Assembly (NCBI GenBank): GCA_963822445.1 | Contig: CAWGHO010000002.1 | Location: 1,472,001 to 1,536,000 of the forward strand | Origin: an uncultured Acidobacteriota bacterium | GTDB lineage: Bacteria > Acidobacteriota > Thermoanaerobaculia > Gp7-AA8 | Reading direction: 5' to 3' | DNA: 64,000 nt | Shown: positions 18,301 to 27,612 of the stretch, piece by piece | Layout: every line of letters begins with the position of its first letter | Numbering within the stretch: the first letter of the stretch is position 1 | Translations under genes and position numbers: made by a program | Notes under the pieces: generated by a model | Database searches by the model: none | Told to the model about the DNA's origin: nothing | The model's input: the letters and a program-made list of their open reading frames with translations, nothing else

Positions 18301-19676
18301 AGCGCAAAGTCCGTCGAGCCGGCGAGGCCGATCGGATATTGCGCATCGGAAAAGGCGACGGCGTTCTTCACCAGCTTCGCCGAGCCTTCCCCCGATCCGT
18401 CGAGGATCTTGTCCTTGTTCCAGCGATAGGTGAGATCGCCGGTCGCCGCCGAGCGCAGCCCAAGGCCTTCGATGCCCCAGTCGCTGAACAGCTTCTCGAT
18501 GGAGATGCCGTAGTAGCGGAGGTCGACCTTCATCGGATACGGATCGGCGTACGTTGCCAGCGTGTAGTCCGCGCCGATGCGGCCGCCGCCGTATCGCGCT
18601 TCAGCGACCTTCAATGACATGTTGCGGCCGTTGACGTCGAGCGTTCCTTTCGCGTCGGCCAGCTCGTACGCGTCGGCGACGATATTCGGCGAGACCCAGT
18701 TGCCGCTCATGCGGAAGTCGCCCTGTTTGCCGCGCAGGTTCGTATCGAGTGCGAGCGTTCCCTCGAGCGTTTTGTCGATGCGGAAGATCTCCGCGATGCG
18801 CTGCAGCTCGATGCGCGACGCGAGCTTCAGGTCGTAGCGGCCTTCGGTGAGCGGATCGAGCTTGCCGGTGAGGAAGGTCTCGATGCCGCGGCCTTTGAGC
18901 GCGACCGACCGCAGCGCGAGGATGCCCGGGGTGTAACGGAAGCCGCCGCGGAGATCGACGTCGAATGGAACGTAGTCCTGAATCGTGACCCGCACCTGCG
19001 GCGAGGTCATGATTCCTTCGTACAACCCTTCCGCGCGCGTGACGGTCACGCGCGACTCGATCTTCTGCGCGACCGCTTCGATGTCGTGCTTCCGATCGAG
19101 GAAGCTGAACGTGCCGTTGTTGACGAAGAGCTTTCCGATGTCGATGCGCACGATCTCGAAGCGCCGCTTCGGTCCCGTCTTCCACTTCGGGAAGTTGTGA
19201 TTGCCATCCGGCAGGATCTCGAACCAGACACGCGGATCGCGGACGTCGACGCGATCGACTTTCACCGCGCGCCCCCAGAACGATTGCACGCCGCCGGTGA
19301 TCTCGACCTGGCGCACGAGCGCGAAGTCCGGCGCGATGCCGCCCGGCGCGTTGGCGATGCGCAGATTGTTGAGGATGATCCTCTGCGGATTCGTGCGAAC
19401 GAAGGAAACGCTCTTGATCGAGACGTCGCGGCCGAGGCGTGCTTCGAGGGTGAGCTCGACTCGCTTGCGGACGAACTCGGCGAAGTTCGGCGAGCCGACG
19501 TACCACCAGCCCCCGCCGATGGTCAGGAAGAGCAGCAGGAAGGAAACGGCGAAGAGCCAGAACAGGCCCTTCAGGCACCCCCACATCGGCCCTTTTCGCT
19601 GGCGCTCGCGCGCGGAGCGGTGACGACCCTCGCGCGGCGGAGGCAGCAGCGGATCGCCTGGGTCGATTGTGGTCAT
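12390..19676 (-). CDS. TamB/AsmA-like protein fused to about 7 POTRA domains and an Omp85 (BamA/TamA) beta-barrel
   Basis: N-terminal TM, long beta-taco-like repeats, DUF490-like end (SDPPASDITLFSLL...YRLDARFRRRY), Thr/Pro linker, POTRA repeats (e.g. IVRGNTYTDRDVVLR), HRNLFGTG, RFTAGGENSHRAF, GVRYLSPVGPLRVD, C-terminal ISLGYAF. Confidence 0.88.
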   Translation of the reverse strand: MTTIDPGDPLLPPPREGRHRSARERQRKGPMWGCLKGLFWLFAVSFLLLFLTIGGGWWYVGSPNFAEFVRKRVELTLEARLGRDVSIKSVSFVRTNPQRIILNNLRIANAPGGIAPDFALVRQVEITGGVQSFWGRAVKVDRVDVRDPRVWFEILPDGNHNFPKWKTGPKRRFEIVRIDIGKLFVNNGTFSFLDRKHDIEAVAQKIESRVTVTRAEGLYEGIMTSPQVRVTIQDYVPFDVDLRGGFRYTPGILALRSVALKGRGIETFLTGKLDPLTEGRYDLKLASRIELQRIAEIFRIDKTLEGTLALDTNLRGKQGDFRMSGNWVSPNIVADAYELADAKGTLDVNGRNMSLKVAEARYGGGRIGADYTLATYADPYPMKVDLRYYGISIEKLFSDWGIEGLGLRSAATGDLTYRWNKDKILDGSGEGSAKLVKNAVAFSDAQYPIGLAGSTDFALDRGTVRFRSAELDTDHSHISLTGDMKIEGVVLDLKTAIRSTDFSELDRIGFNFAHSAGKKDYELLGLGGAGTITGTVKGPIDKPQVAAQINGSAIRYNEVLLGDASIDMRYDGNSSTLTFDRAVFSDAGGRLALNGTVVFPESGPGPRFDIALDANGYPAQRAIDAIGLDMKIGAGLATGKMIIAGTPENGRATFAGLTIRRADATLALNGTINWLPGEGNVSFDLDVAATNFPVADIAAFLDFTDIPVTGDLTGTLKIAGRKESLEGSGKVTVRKGVVFGEPVDLATADIVFTEGRMRATNVLVQSPAGEITGDAELDFATEKFSYNITSSNIDLSRLKLLEGLKDLLGGNITLTSTGAGTFDNPELMVEATLNNATLRGLKLPEGSDPPSLYIAIRGGKLIVKGGVADIATIEGEGTVGENMAIDGLVRLVVHDIARAVAISPTTASIPASGNLVVDMKLGGRLSPIEALIIDATAPVFNLKVGDHQFTAPEPLRIGLRDGRVELDTVVLRSDDATFSATGFAEIVGQKRIDLDLRGRVEAALLQLFVPDMRAEGHSDIAMAVNGVMSNPVITGTATLVDAQVKFAGFPQLIDELNGTLRFHGDRVEIESVRATIGGGQIIAGGAIYLEGLKPKRVRVTLQGTDVAIRYYEGITVEGTFNLLLTSDLDRAMLQGDIDVTRGLYFREFDVQQTLLNVLLARDRIVAVTPSTWQEKVGLQIHLSAPGTLAIRNNIADVTGSAELDVTGTVAAPVVLGEVTLDEGGTVRIQGVDYRVARGTVAFQNPFRIDPFFDVTIEGSVAGNVSEIESGPLEVTINITGTLDRITPTITSDPPASDITLFSLLGFGGLGGGRTLGGQQASGGGFFGQSLLYQSLSGLLGSKVFPFVDSFAYDPGDLESGGGAGAKVTFEKRLSNKLRFLLVYNLDNQQSKQVLEWIVNPSWTLQLARDESDEYRLDARFRRRYEAHWEIRDEDRDEEFATSSVVTSTTTTAGATPAAPPAPPVTAVNLAAADGAVISQINFRADARFDTTAVADDVTLKPGQPVTIRDLQSSIKNLFATGNFRDIRVDSQRTAEGIVLTFSLLLHYRVGDIELAGVSGRERNRAERELTVRVGEIHSLNDVDDSAAAIEEAMNRSGYLEATVDPQTDFDRARSIADVRFDITPGPQAVIRNVVLEGDVAPFTTEQLIEPMKRDAGRTFDALEAREDAKRIQSFLVRRRHRRADVDYLGHEYDPETHAVTLRYRVVVGPTVQVAVQGVPQSSVRRWLPFRGRNDEYSEDAVDRAADQIVTGLQERGHYNATVDTESKLDNNVWTTTFIVDPGKRFTLSEVEFIGNDQMDEDELHKVVQTSSRGGFKRALATLFRRPTGVTREQLGDDRDAIESFYRLQGFSEATAAQPVVNANDATGTMRVTFPITEGPQTLVTEVKIEGNQEVAANDLPETQLKPGDPLNPQLAREDIVALQSFYADRGHVEVQVAPRVEISEDKTKASVTYTVAEGPRVAIDEVIVRGNTYTDRDVVLRRVEMDKGDPFTYTRVLEAQRELYRLGIFQRVEVQPEQAGTSVGDRDIVIQVEEGKNLTLTGAVGLRVERGAQDARLTADEDEDQTPEENATISDDGGMDINERIAIAAAHRNLFGTGRYLGLEAVLSSEEQEYFITYREPFISRWNVPVQLQIFQSDDNTRPEMHIVQQGTSIEATKVALERTRWSLRYEYKISKCEEGTICALLKADLPVEGFDRSLSNIQISSINPTFFWDTRDDIIDPHRGFFTSASIEYAFPFISAEANFLKEYVQGALYIPVSARTVVALSSRIGLIQSLGDATNVPLSERFTAGGENSHRAFRLDRLGDLCRESEDAPETPGCRKTLFQRPNPTTGAFEGPILPVGGSGLLLFNAEYRFPIFGPVGGAVFGDVGNVFAESKIDFNNLRYGAGVGVRYLSPVGPLRVDVGFPLDRRWYEDAFVYFISLGYAF

Positions 19677-19697
19677 CCGGAACGACGGTAGCGCTTG

Positions 19698-20729
19698 CTA
19701 ATCACGAGCCACGAGAAAGAGGTCGCGGAGGTTGTTCCCCGTGGCCGCAATCATAATGGGCTCACCGATTTGCGCGGCGATGCGCATGGTGTCGGATTCG
19801 TGAATGGCGGCCTGCCAGTCGGGGCCGCCGCCGAGGCGCGCGCGCGGGGGAAGGTAGATGCCGGCCGCGCCGCTGTTGCCGTCGACGCCGTCGGAGCTGG
19901 CGAAGAGAGCTTCGGCGGTGCTCTCCATGGCGAAGCGGACCGCGAGCTCGGTGCACCGTCCGCCTTTGCCATTGCCCTGGATGACGACGGTCGGCTCGCC
20001 GCCGGCGACGATGATTTTTGCGGACGCGTTCGCGAGCATCCGCGCGGCTTCGGCGACGTCGCATTCGATCTGTTGCTCGATGACCGTCGCGCCTTCGATG
20101 AGCGATGCCGCGGTTCTCACGAGGGTGGTGTTGTCGGCGATGACGATGCCGCCGCCGGTCGGACCGGATGCGACGTCCTCGCCGCGGCCGGTGGCGACGT
20201 CGGAGTAGATGAGTGTGATCGCGCGGCCTTTCACGAGATCGCGCAGACGGCCGCCTTTGATCGCGGACAGCTCGCTACGTCTTGAATTGATCTCGCGAAT
20301 GGGCAGACCGGACGCGATGAGTTGCGCGTTCGCGCGCGCGACGTCGTCTTCGCCGTGCGGCGGCAACGGAACTTCCACGCATGCCGAGCCGCCGCCGGAG
20401 ATGAGAAAGAGGATGTCGCGATGCTCGTCGACGAACTTCAACAGCGCGCGTCCCGCTTCGAAGCTCGCCGCGGTCATGTGCGGATGTCCGCCGACGTGCA
20501 CCTCCGCGCGGGTCAGCGGCAGTTTGTAGCCGTCGGGAATCGCGACGAACGCGCTTTCGATGTCGATCACGCTCGCGACACCATCGAGCAATCCCCCCGC
20601 GCACTTGCCGATGGCCACCACGTTGCGCGGCATCGACGCGTCAACGTGCGCGCGAACGAGAAGCTCCGGAGCGCAGCGGGCGAGGGTCTCGAAGTAGACG
20701 GACTTGAGGTCGGGCGCGTCGAGGCTCAT
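19698..20729 (-). CDS. Glycerate kinase type 2 (DUF4147/MOFRL)
   Basis: AIGKCA, LISGGGSA, SAIKGGRL, SDV, ASGPT, GGEPTV, GGRCTE, DGVDG, TGNNLRD. Confidence 0.85.
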   Translation of the reverse strand: MSLDAPDLKSVYFETLARCAPELLVRAHVDASMPRNVVAIGKCAGGLLDGVASVIDIESAFVAIPDGYKLPLTRAEVHVGGHPHMTAASFEAGRALLKFVDEHRDILFLISGGGSACVEVPLPPHGEDDVARANAQLIASGLPIREINSRRSELSAIKGGRLRDLVKGRAITLIYSDVATGRGEDVASGPTGGGIVIADNTTLVRTAASLIEGATVIEQQIECDVAEAARMLANASAKIIVAGGEPTVVIQGNGKGGRCTELAVRFAMESTAEALFASSDGVDGNSGAAGIYLPPRARLGGGPDWQAAIHESDTMRIAAQIGEPIMIAATGNNLRDLFLVARD

Positions 20730-20826
20730 AGGCTCAAAGGCTCAAAGGCTCATAGGAAACGATGTGACTCTGCGACTTTGAGACTCTGCGACTTTGAGCC
20801 TTTGAGCCTGTGCGCCTCTGAGCCTA
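20722..20826. repeat. Inverted arrays of 8-mer tandem repeats (AGGCTCAW / TGAGCCTT-like)
   Basis: Four units, then about eight degenerate complementary units. Overlaps the glycerate kinase start codon. Confidence 0.7.
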
Positions 20827-20836
20827 TCCTGACTCC

Positions 20837-22012
20837 ATGCGCCGCCGCACGCACCTCCGCACACGCGTCCTGCTTCTCACCGGCGCGTTTGCGCTCGCGC
20901 TCTTCGCGATCGCGTTCGGCCTGAGCTGGCGGGCGAAGCAATCGCAGGAACGGTGGACGCGGCTCGTCTCCATCGAGATGAGCGCGGTGACCACACTCGA
21001 GGAGCTCATTCGCGCGCAGAACGCGTTTCATGCGCGGCAGGATCCGATCGCGCGTTACCGGCTGGTCGAGCAGCTGCTGACGCATCCGTCGCTCGGCTCG
21101 ATCGACGTGCGGGCCTTGCGCGGGCGGGTGAAGGCGTACCGCGAATTGCGGACCGACTTTGCATCGCGCGCCCTGGTCGATGAAGCGCAGACCATCATCG
21201 CGGCGCGGAAACGGGAGATTGCCCAGCAGCTGCCGCAGCTCGAGCGGGACACGCGTTCGATGATGTCCAGCGGATTAGCCATTGCCTGGATCGTCGCGGT
21301 GATCGGACTGGCCGTCGTGCAGAACACGTTGCGCAAGGTCGTCAAGCCGATCGAAGAGCTTTCCGCTGCTGCCGATCGCATTGCCGCAGGCGACATCACC
21401 GCGACCGCGCCGGTTGCAGGAGATCGCGAGATTGCCACGCTGGGCGTCGCCTTCAATCGCATGGCCGACGAGCTGAAGGCTCGCGCGCGGACTGACGATC
21501 TCACCGGCCTGCCGAACTTCCGCGCGTTCCGCGAGCGCATCGACGTGGAGCTCGAGCGCGCCGATCGCTATCCGGAGCGCTTCGGCATCCTCGTTCTCGA
21601 TCTCGATCGCTTCAAGAAGTACAACGACACGTATGGCCATCTCGCCGGCAACGACGCGTTGCAGCGCGTGGCCCAGGTCATCCGCGAAACGGTGCGCACC
21701 GTCGACTTCGCCGCGCGGTACGGCGGCGAGGAGTTCGCGGTGATCGTGCCGCTGATCGATGAAGTCGCGCTGGCCAATGTCGCCGAGCGCGTTCGCGCGG
21801 GCATCGAGGCCATGCCCGCACCGCCCGATGGTGCGCAGGTCACGGTGAGCATCGGCGCGGCGATGTATCCGAATGACGCGCGCGATCGCGAAGCGTTGTT
21901 TCAGGCCGCGGACGCGAGGCTGTACGAGGCCAAGAAGGCGGGACGCAATTGCGTCGTGGCGCCTAGTCCGACTCGTCCAGTTTCACAATCAAGCGCTCGA
22001 CTGTCCGGTTGA
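20837..22012 (+). CDS. Membrane diguanylate cyclase (HAMP-GGDEF)
   Basis: Two TM helices, HAMP, TDDLTGLPNFR, DLDRFKKYNDTYGH, RYGGEEF. Confidence 0.92.
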   Translation: MRRRTHLRTRVLLLTGAFALALFAIAFGLSWRAKQSQERWTRLVSIEMSAVTTLEELIRAQNAFHARQDPIARYRLVEQLLTHPSLGSIDVRALRGRVKAYRELRTDFASRALVDEAQTIIAARKREIAQQLPQLERDTRSMMSSGLAIAWIVAVIGLAVVQNTLRKVVKPIEELSAAADRIAAGDITATAPVAGDREIATLGVAFNRMADELKARARTDDLTGLPNFRAFRERIDVELERADRYPERFGILVLDLDRFKKYNDTYGHLAGNDALQRVAQVIRETVRTVDFAARYGGEEFAVIVPLIDEVALANVAERVRAGIEAMPAPPDGAQVTVSIGAAMYPNDARDREALFQAADARLYEAKKAGRNCVVAPSPTRPVSQSSARLSG

Positions 22013-22397
22013 GCGACTGCAGGTCGCGCTCGGAGATGTCGGTGCCGCTCAGCTCCTTCAACCACTGGTCATAGAGCGGCCGCACTTTTTCGAGGAGTGC
22101 TCGTCCCCGCCGGGTGAGCTGCACGCGCGAGGAGCGGAGATCGTTCGGATCGTCGTTGCGCTCGGCGAGGCCGAGTTGCTCGAGCCGCGCGATCATCCCG
22201 GTCATGTTCTGCTTGGTCACCATGAGCCGCCGCGCCAGCGCGACCAACGTGACCGGCCCTTCTTCTTCCGAAAGCGCGGTCGCCACGAGCCACTGCTGCG
22301 GGGTGATTTTCGCCTTCTCGAAAACAGGGCCGAGACGGCGGGTGAGCAGGTTCGCGAGCTGGATTACACCGGTGACCAGGTCGCGTTCGCTCGCCAT
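21963..22397 (-). CDS. MarR-family regulator
   Basis: ITPQQW, LARRLMVTKQNMTGMIARLE, DPNDLRSSRVQLTRRG. Confidence 0.9.
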   Translation of the reverse strand: MASERDLVTGVIQLANLLTRRLGPVFEKAKITPQQWLVATALSEEEGPVTLVALARRLMVTKQNMTGMIARLEQLGLAERNDDPNDLRSSRVQLTRRGRALLEKVRPLYDQWLKELSGTDISERDLQSLNRTVERLIVKLDESD

Positions 22398-22435
22398 GTT
22401 TGGTCAATGTATTGACCAGAGGGGAGGATGTCAAA

Positions 22436-23722
<1,287 letters not shown>

Positions 23723-23724
23723 CT

Positions 23725-23786
23725 AGTAGGCAGCGGTTCCCCTGCCTACTGCCTACCGCGAGCGGCGCAGCCGCGTACCGCCTACT
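23725..23786. repeat. 7-mer (TAGGCRG/CYGCCTA) repeat element with internal hairpin, copy 1
   Basis: Shares CCTGCCTACTGCCTACCGCGAGC...CGCAG...GCGTACCGCCTAC with 37369-37451. Confidence 0.75.
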
Positions 23787-24234
23787 ATCTCGGTCCCGCG
23801 GCGATCGGCAAGCGCGCTGCCTTCCACTCCAGGTATCCGCCCTTGAGCGCGGCCGCGTTCTTCACGCCGTGCGCGTTCAGGTTGAGGACGGCCTTGCCGC
23901 TGGACTGCTCGGCGTCGCAGGCGCAGTAGGTGATGACCATCTTGCCCGGCGTCACTTCGTTGAAGCGCTGGATGATCTGGCTGCCGGGGATGCTGAGGGC
24001 GCCTTTGATGTGGCCCGTGCTGAAGCTCGCGTGCGAGCGCACGTCGATGAACGTCGCCTGGCCGGCCTGGTAGAGCTTGTACGCGTCTTCACGGCTGATG
24101 CGGCGGAACTCGGTCGAGGTCTGCACGGGCTGCAACTGGGCGCCCTTGGCCTCGGCCGGCTTCTTCTTGTACTGCGCGTTGGCCACGCCCGCGGCGAGGA
24201 CGAGGGAGACAGCTACGGCGGCGATCTTCTGCAT
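23785..24234 (-). CDS. Secreted rhodanese-like protein
   Basis: Signal peptide, FIDVR, GHIKGALSIP, YCAC, LKGGYLEW. Confidence 0.88.
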   Translation of the reverse strand: MQKIAAVAVSLVLAAGVANAQYKKKPAEAKGAQLQPVQTSTEFRRISREDAYKLYQAGQATFIDVRSHASFSTGHIKGALSIPGSQIIQRFNEVTPGKMVITYCACDAEQSSGKAVLNLNAHGVKNAAALKGGYLEWKAARLPIAAGPR

Positions 24235-24263
24235 GGGGATGGAAAAGCTCCTGGTCGTTTTTT

Positions 24264-24932
24264 CTATTGCAGGCCTTCGAAGAACCGCTTCCAGCGGGGA
24301 ACGAAGTAATTCGAGCGGTCGAGCGAGAACGCGACGGCCACGGCCTTGCCGACGATGCGCCGGCGCTGGATGAAGCCGATGAAGCGGCTGTCGTTGCTGT
24401 TGTCGCGGTTGTCGCCGAGGACGAAGTAATGGTCGACCGGGACGGCTACCGGGCCGAACGAGCGGACCGCGGGGATCTCCGGCGTGACCATCATCTTGTG
24501 CGTGTGGCCGTACAGATCCTCGTCGAGAACGTACGCGGGCCCCTGCTCTTCCGATTCAGCCACGGTGATCGGCGACTGCCGGGCCGGCTGGCCGTTGACG
24601 AAGAGCTGGTTGTCGCGCATCTCGACCTGATCACCGGGGACGGCCACCACGCGCTTCACGAGGCGGGTTCCATCGGCAGGGGAGAACAGCACCACGATGT
24701 CGCCGCGCTTCGGATCGTCCCATTTGAAGATGTTGACGGTGGTGAAGGGGACCTTGAGGTCATAGGCCAGCTTGTTGACCACGACCCGGTCGCCTTCCTG
24801 GATGGTCGGCTTCATCGAGCCCGTCGGAACGTCGTTCCAATCGGCGAGCGCCGAGCGCAGCGAGCTGACGATGAGGATCATCAGCAGGAACACGCGGATC
24901 TCGTAAATGACCTTCTTTTTGTCGAGTGCCAT
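24264..24932 (-). CDS. lepB: Signal peptidase I
   Basis: VPTGSMKPT, RGDIVV, LVKRVV, YFVLGDNRDNSNDSR. Confidence 0.93.
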   Translation of the reverse strand: MALDKKKVIYEIRVFLLMILIVSSLRSALADWNDVPTGSMKPTIQEGDRVVVNKLAYDLKVPFTTVNIFKWDDPKRGDIVVLFSPADGTRLVKRVVAVPGDQVEMRDNQLFVNGQPARQSPITVAESEEQGPAYVLDEDLYGHTHKMMVTPEIPAVRSFGPVAVPVDHYFVLGDNRDNSNDSRFIGFIQRRRIVGKAVAVAFSLDRSNYFVPRWKRFFEGLQ

Positions 24933-24991
24933 GGCTGGATAGGGTACGGCTCAGGGGGCGGAACGTTTCGAGGGGGAGATGTAATCCTGAG

Positions 24992-25097
24992 GGTTGCTGG
25001 GTTGCTGAGTTGCTAGGTTGCTGGGCGCTCCGCCGAGAGCCGCGATCGTGCATGAGCGAAGCACCCAGCAACTCAGCAACCTAGCAACCCAGCAACC
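24992..25097. repeat. Inverted arrays of 8-mer tandem repeats (GGTTGCTG x4 / CAGCAACC x4)
   Basis: Directly visible; forms a long hairpin downstream of the flotillin gene. Confidence 0.8.
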
Positions 25098-25106
25098 TCT
25101 ACAGGG

Positions 25107-26516
25107 TCACGCCGCCTTATCCCCCTCCCCGATCACCTTCACCTTCGACAACAGATCCTTCATCTCCATGCCGCTCAGGGCCTCGAAGAGGGCGGGGACC
25201 TGGGCGGCGATGGCGGCCAGGTCGCCGGTGATGCGGTGGGCGCCGGCGGCGTGGCCGTCGCCGGTGGAGACGACGGTGATCTTGTCGACGTTCGCCAGCG
25301 GGGCGGCCAGCGCTTTGACGATCTCCGGCATCTGGGTCATGAGCTTGTCCACCACCGCGGCCTGGTTCCAGCCCTGGTAGGCATCGGCCTTCACGTTCAT
25401 CGCTTTCGCTTCCGCCTCACCTTTCTTGAAGATGATCTCCGCCTCGGCCTCACCCTCGGCGCGAACCGACGAGGCGCGGCCTTCCGCTTCGATGATCAGG
25501 CGCTGCCTTTCGGCGGCCGCGAGCGTTTCGATGCGCAGGCGCTCGATCTCGGCGGCTTTGAGGACGTTCGCGATCAGCTGCTTCTCGTTGCGGGAAATCT
25601 CCGCTTCCTGAACTTTGATCTGTCCTTCCTTCTCGATCTGCTGCACGCGCACCGACTCGGCGACGACCTGCTGCTCCATGACTTTCGTCTGGATCTCGTA
25701 AGCCTTGTCGGCCTGCGCCTGCTGGCGCTTGGTGGTCTCGACGAACTGCGCCTTCTTCACGTCGAGGTCGCGCTGGGCCTCGGCCTGCGCGGCCAGCGAC
25801 AGCGTCTCGGCGATCACGCGAGCCTGATCGGCCTCGGCCCGTTTGATCGCGGCCTCGCGCAGCGCTTCGGCGCGCTTGATGGCCGTGTCCCGCTCCGCTT
25901 CCGCCGCGGCGATGTCGGCAATCATCTTCACGCGGGCCACGTCCGGACGGCCCATGTTGGTGATGTAGTCGTTCTTGTCCTTCACCTCCCGGATCGTGAA
26001 CGACACGACCTCGAGGCCCATCTTGTCCATGTCGTCGGCGCAGGTGGAGCGCATCCGCTCGGCGACCATCTCCGGCTGCTTGACGATCTCCTCGACCGTG
26101 AGCTGGCCGATGATTCCGCGCAGGTGACCTTCCATCACCAGCCGGATCAGCCCTTCCCGCTGCGGCGGCGTCTTCGACAGAAACTGCTCCGCCGCGGTGA
26201 GGATCGACTCCTGATCGCTCTTCACCTTGATCTGCGCGACGGCTTCCACGGTCACGGCGACGCCCTGCTTCGTGTAGAGGTCCTGCTTCGGCGCGACGTC
26301 GAACGACATCAGCTCCAGCGGCAGGGCCTTGTAGCTGTGGATCATCGGGAAGATCAGCGTGCCGCCGCCTTTGATGACGCGCGTTCCGCCGACCCCGTAC
26401 ACGACGAAAGCCTCGTTCGGCCCGACTTTCCGGTACATCTGCGCGATGAATCCGAGGATCATCAGCGTGCCGATTGCGATGCCGGTAACAATTGCCCAGG
26501 TGGTCAACATGGTCAT
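25107..26516 (-). CDS. Flotillin-family (SPFH) protein
   Basis: YRKVGPNEA, AAEQFL, EGHLRGIIGQLTVEEI, AEA-rich coiled coil, PLANVDKITVVSTG. GGAGG RBS before ATG 26516. Confidence 0.92.
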   Translation of the reverse strand: MTMLTTWAIVTGIAIGTLMILGFIAQMYRKVGPNEAFVVYGVGGTRVIKGGGTLIFPMIHSYKALPLELMSFDVAPKQDLYTKQGVAVTVEAVAQIKVKSDQESILTAAEQFLSKTPPQREGLIRLVMEGHLRGIIGQLTVEEIVKQPEMVAERMRSTCADDMDKMGLEVVSFTIREVKDKNDYITNMGRPDVARVKMIADIAAAEAERDTAIKRAEALREAAIKRAEADQARVIAETLSLAAQAEAQRDLDVKKAQFVETTKRQQAQADKAYEIQTKVMEQQVVAESVRVQQIEKEGQIKVQEAEISRNEKQLIANVLKAAEIERLRIETLAAAERQRLIIEAEGRASSVRAEGEAEAEIIFKKGEAEAKAMNVKADAYQGWNQAAVVDKLMTQMPEIVKALAAPLANVDKITVVSTGDGHAAGAHRITGDLAAIAAQVPALFEALSGMEMKDLLSKVKVIGEGDKAA

Positions 26517-27052
26517 GCCTCCTTCAGTTCGTCCCACATCGCGACGTACGCGATGCCTCGTTCGTAGCGGGTAACGACGACTTCCGTCCCCTTCGGTATG
26601 GCGCGTCCCGAATCGCTGCGCGCGCCGGCGACGCGCCTGGTGCCGGCATGCGTGAAGACGATCTCCCCGGTCCCCTCGGCCTCGCGGATGCCGACCGTGG
26701 TGTGGGCGATCACTCCGATCATCGACAGCGACTCGGCCGTCGCCTCGCGACGCACCAGCGCGGTCATGATCCGATTGATCAGCGTTCCACCCATCGCCCC
26801 GATGACGACCGCGCCCGCGACGACGAGCGCCGGCGAGAACGGCGTGAGCCGGTCGACGAGCAACCCGCCGCCGCCGAACCAGACCAGGCAGCCGGTGATG
26901 GCCGCCAGGTTCACCGGCGACACCCGTTTCCGGCCGCTGTCCTCACCTCCGAACAGCGTCTCCAGGAACGTGACGTCGTCGAATCCCGAGACGAAGGAGA
27001 CGACACTGAGTCCAAGGCCTGCGATGAAGCAGACGACGAAGAACGTGGTCAT
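26513..27052 (-). CDS. NfeD-like (YuaF-type) membrane protein
   Basis: TM helices (LVWFGGGG) and a C-terminal OB fold (IPKGTEVVVTRYERGIAYV); directly upstream of flotillin. Confidence 0.82.
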   Translation of the reverse strand: MTTFFVVCFIAGLGLSVVSFVSGFDDVTFLETLFGGEDSGRKRVSPVNLAAITGCLVWFGGGGLLVDRLTPFSPALVVAGAVVIGAMGGTLINRIMTALVRREATAESLSMIGVIAHTTVGIREAEGTGEIVFTHAGTRRVAGARSDSGRAIPKGTEVVVTRYERGIAYVAMWDELKEA

Positions 27053-27064
27053 GGAAGTGGTCCT

Positions 27065-27562
27065 CTAGGTGCGCCGTTTTCTCCGCGTCTGCGGCGTGGC
27101 GGCGTCGGTTTTCTCGATCAGCCTGTCGATCAGCTGCCTGTTCTCCACGATCGATCCGAAGAGCACCAGGCAATCGCGCGACTTCTCATGCTTGGCGATC
27201 TTCAGCAACGCCTCGTGCAGCACGTGGTCCTCGGCGAACTCCTCCGCCCCGTCGATCAGCCACAGATCGAGCTTGTCATCGAGCTCGTGCCGGGGCCTGG
27301 CCGTCATCGGTGCCATGTCGGCGACGTCATCGACCAGATAGCCCGGGTGAACCTTGAAGAACCGGGCGAGCATGAGCCGCGTGCTGCTGGTCATGTGCGG
27401 GCGCGTTCCGCTCTCGAGCTGGGAGAGGTAGGACTGGCTGATCTGCCCGTCCTGCTCTTCCTTCACCGCCCGGGCGACTTCGGATTGGGTCATCTCCCGT
27501 TCCAGACCGCGGGCGAATCCTTCCAGGGCCCTCAGCCGGGCAAGCTTCTGTCCGAGTGTCAT
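27065..27562 (-). CDS. XRE-family HTH regulator
   Basis: LGQKLARLR...MTQSEVA...ISQSYLSQLESG...LARFFKV. Confidence 0.85.
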   Translation of the reverse strand: MTLGQKLARLRALEGFARGLEREMTQSEVARAVKEEQDGQISQSYLSQLESGTRPHMTSSTRLMLARFFKVHPGYLVDDVADMAPMTARPRHELDDKLDLWLIDGAEEFAEDHVLHEALLKIAKHEKSRDCLVLFGSIVENRQLIDRLIEKTDAATPQTRRKRRT

Positions 27563-27567
27563 AACGG

Positions 27568-27597
27568 ATTGCAATATATTGCTGATTGCGATATTTA
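27568..27597. promoter_or_regulatory. AT-rich divergent promoter with palindrome GCAATATATTGC
   Basis: Perfect 12-bp palindrome at 27571-27582 plus an imperfect direct repeat (ATTGCAATAT / ATTGCGATAT), in the 50-bp gap between the XRE and AAA genes. Confidence 0.5.
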
Positions 27598-27612
27598 TCA
27601 AGTGGCTGCAGA

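Noticed and set aside
13239-18617. Several 500-590-aa plus-strand ORFs opposite the TamB-Omp85 gene
   Set aside because: Antisense shadow ORFs expected from high-GC codon bias; no motifs.
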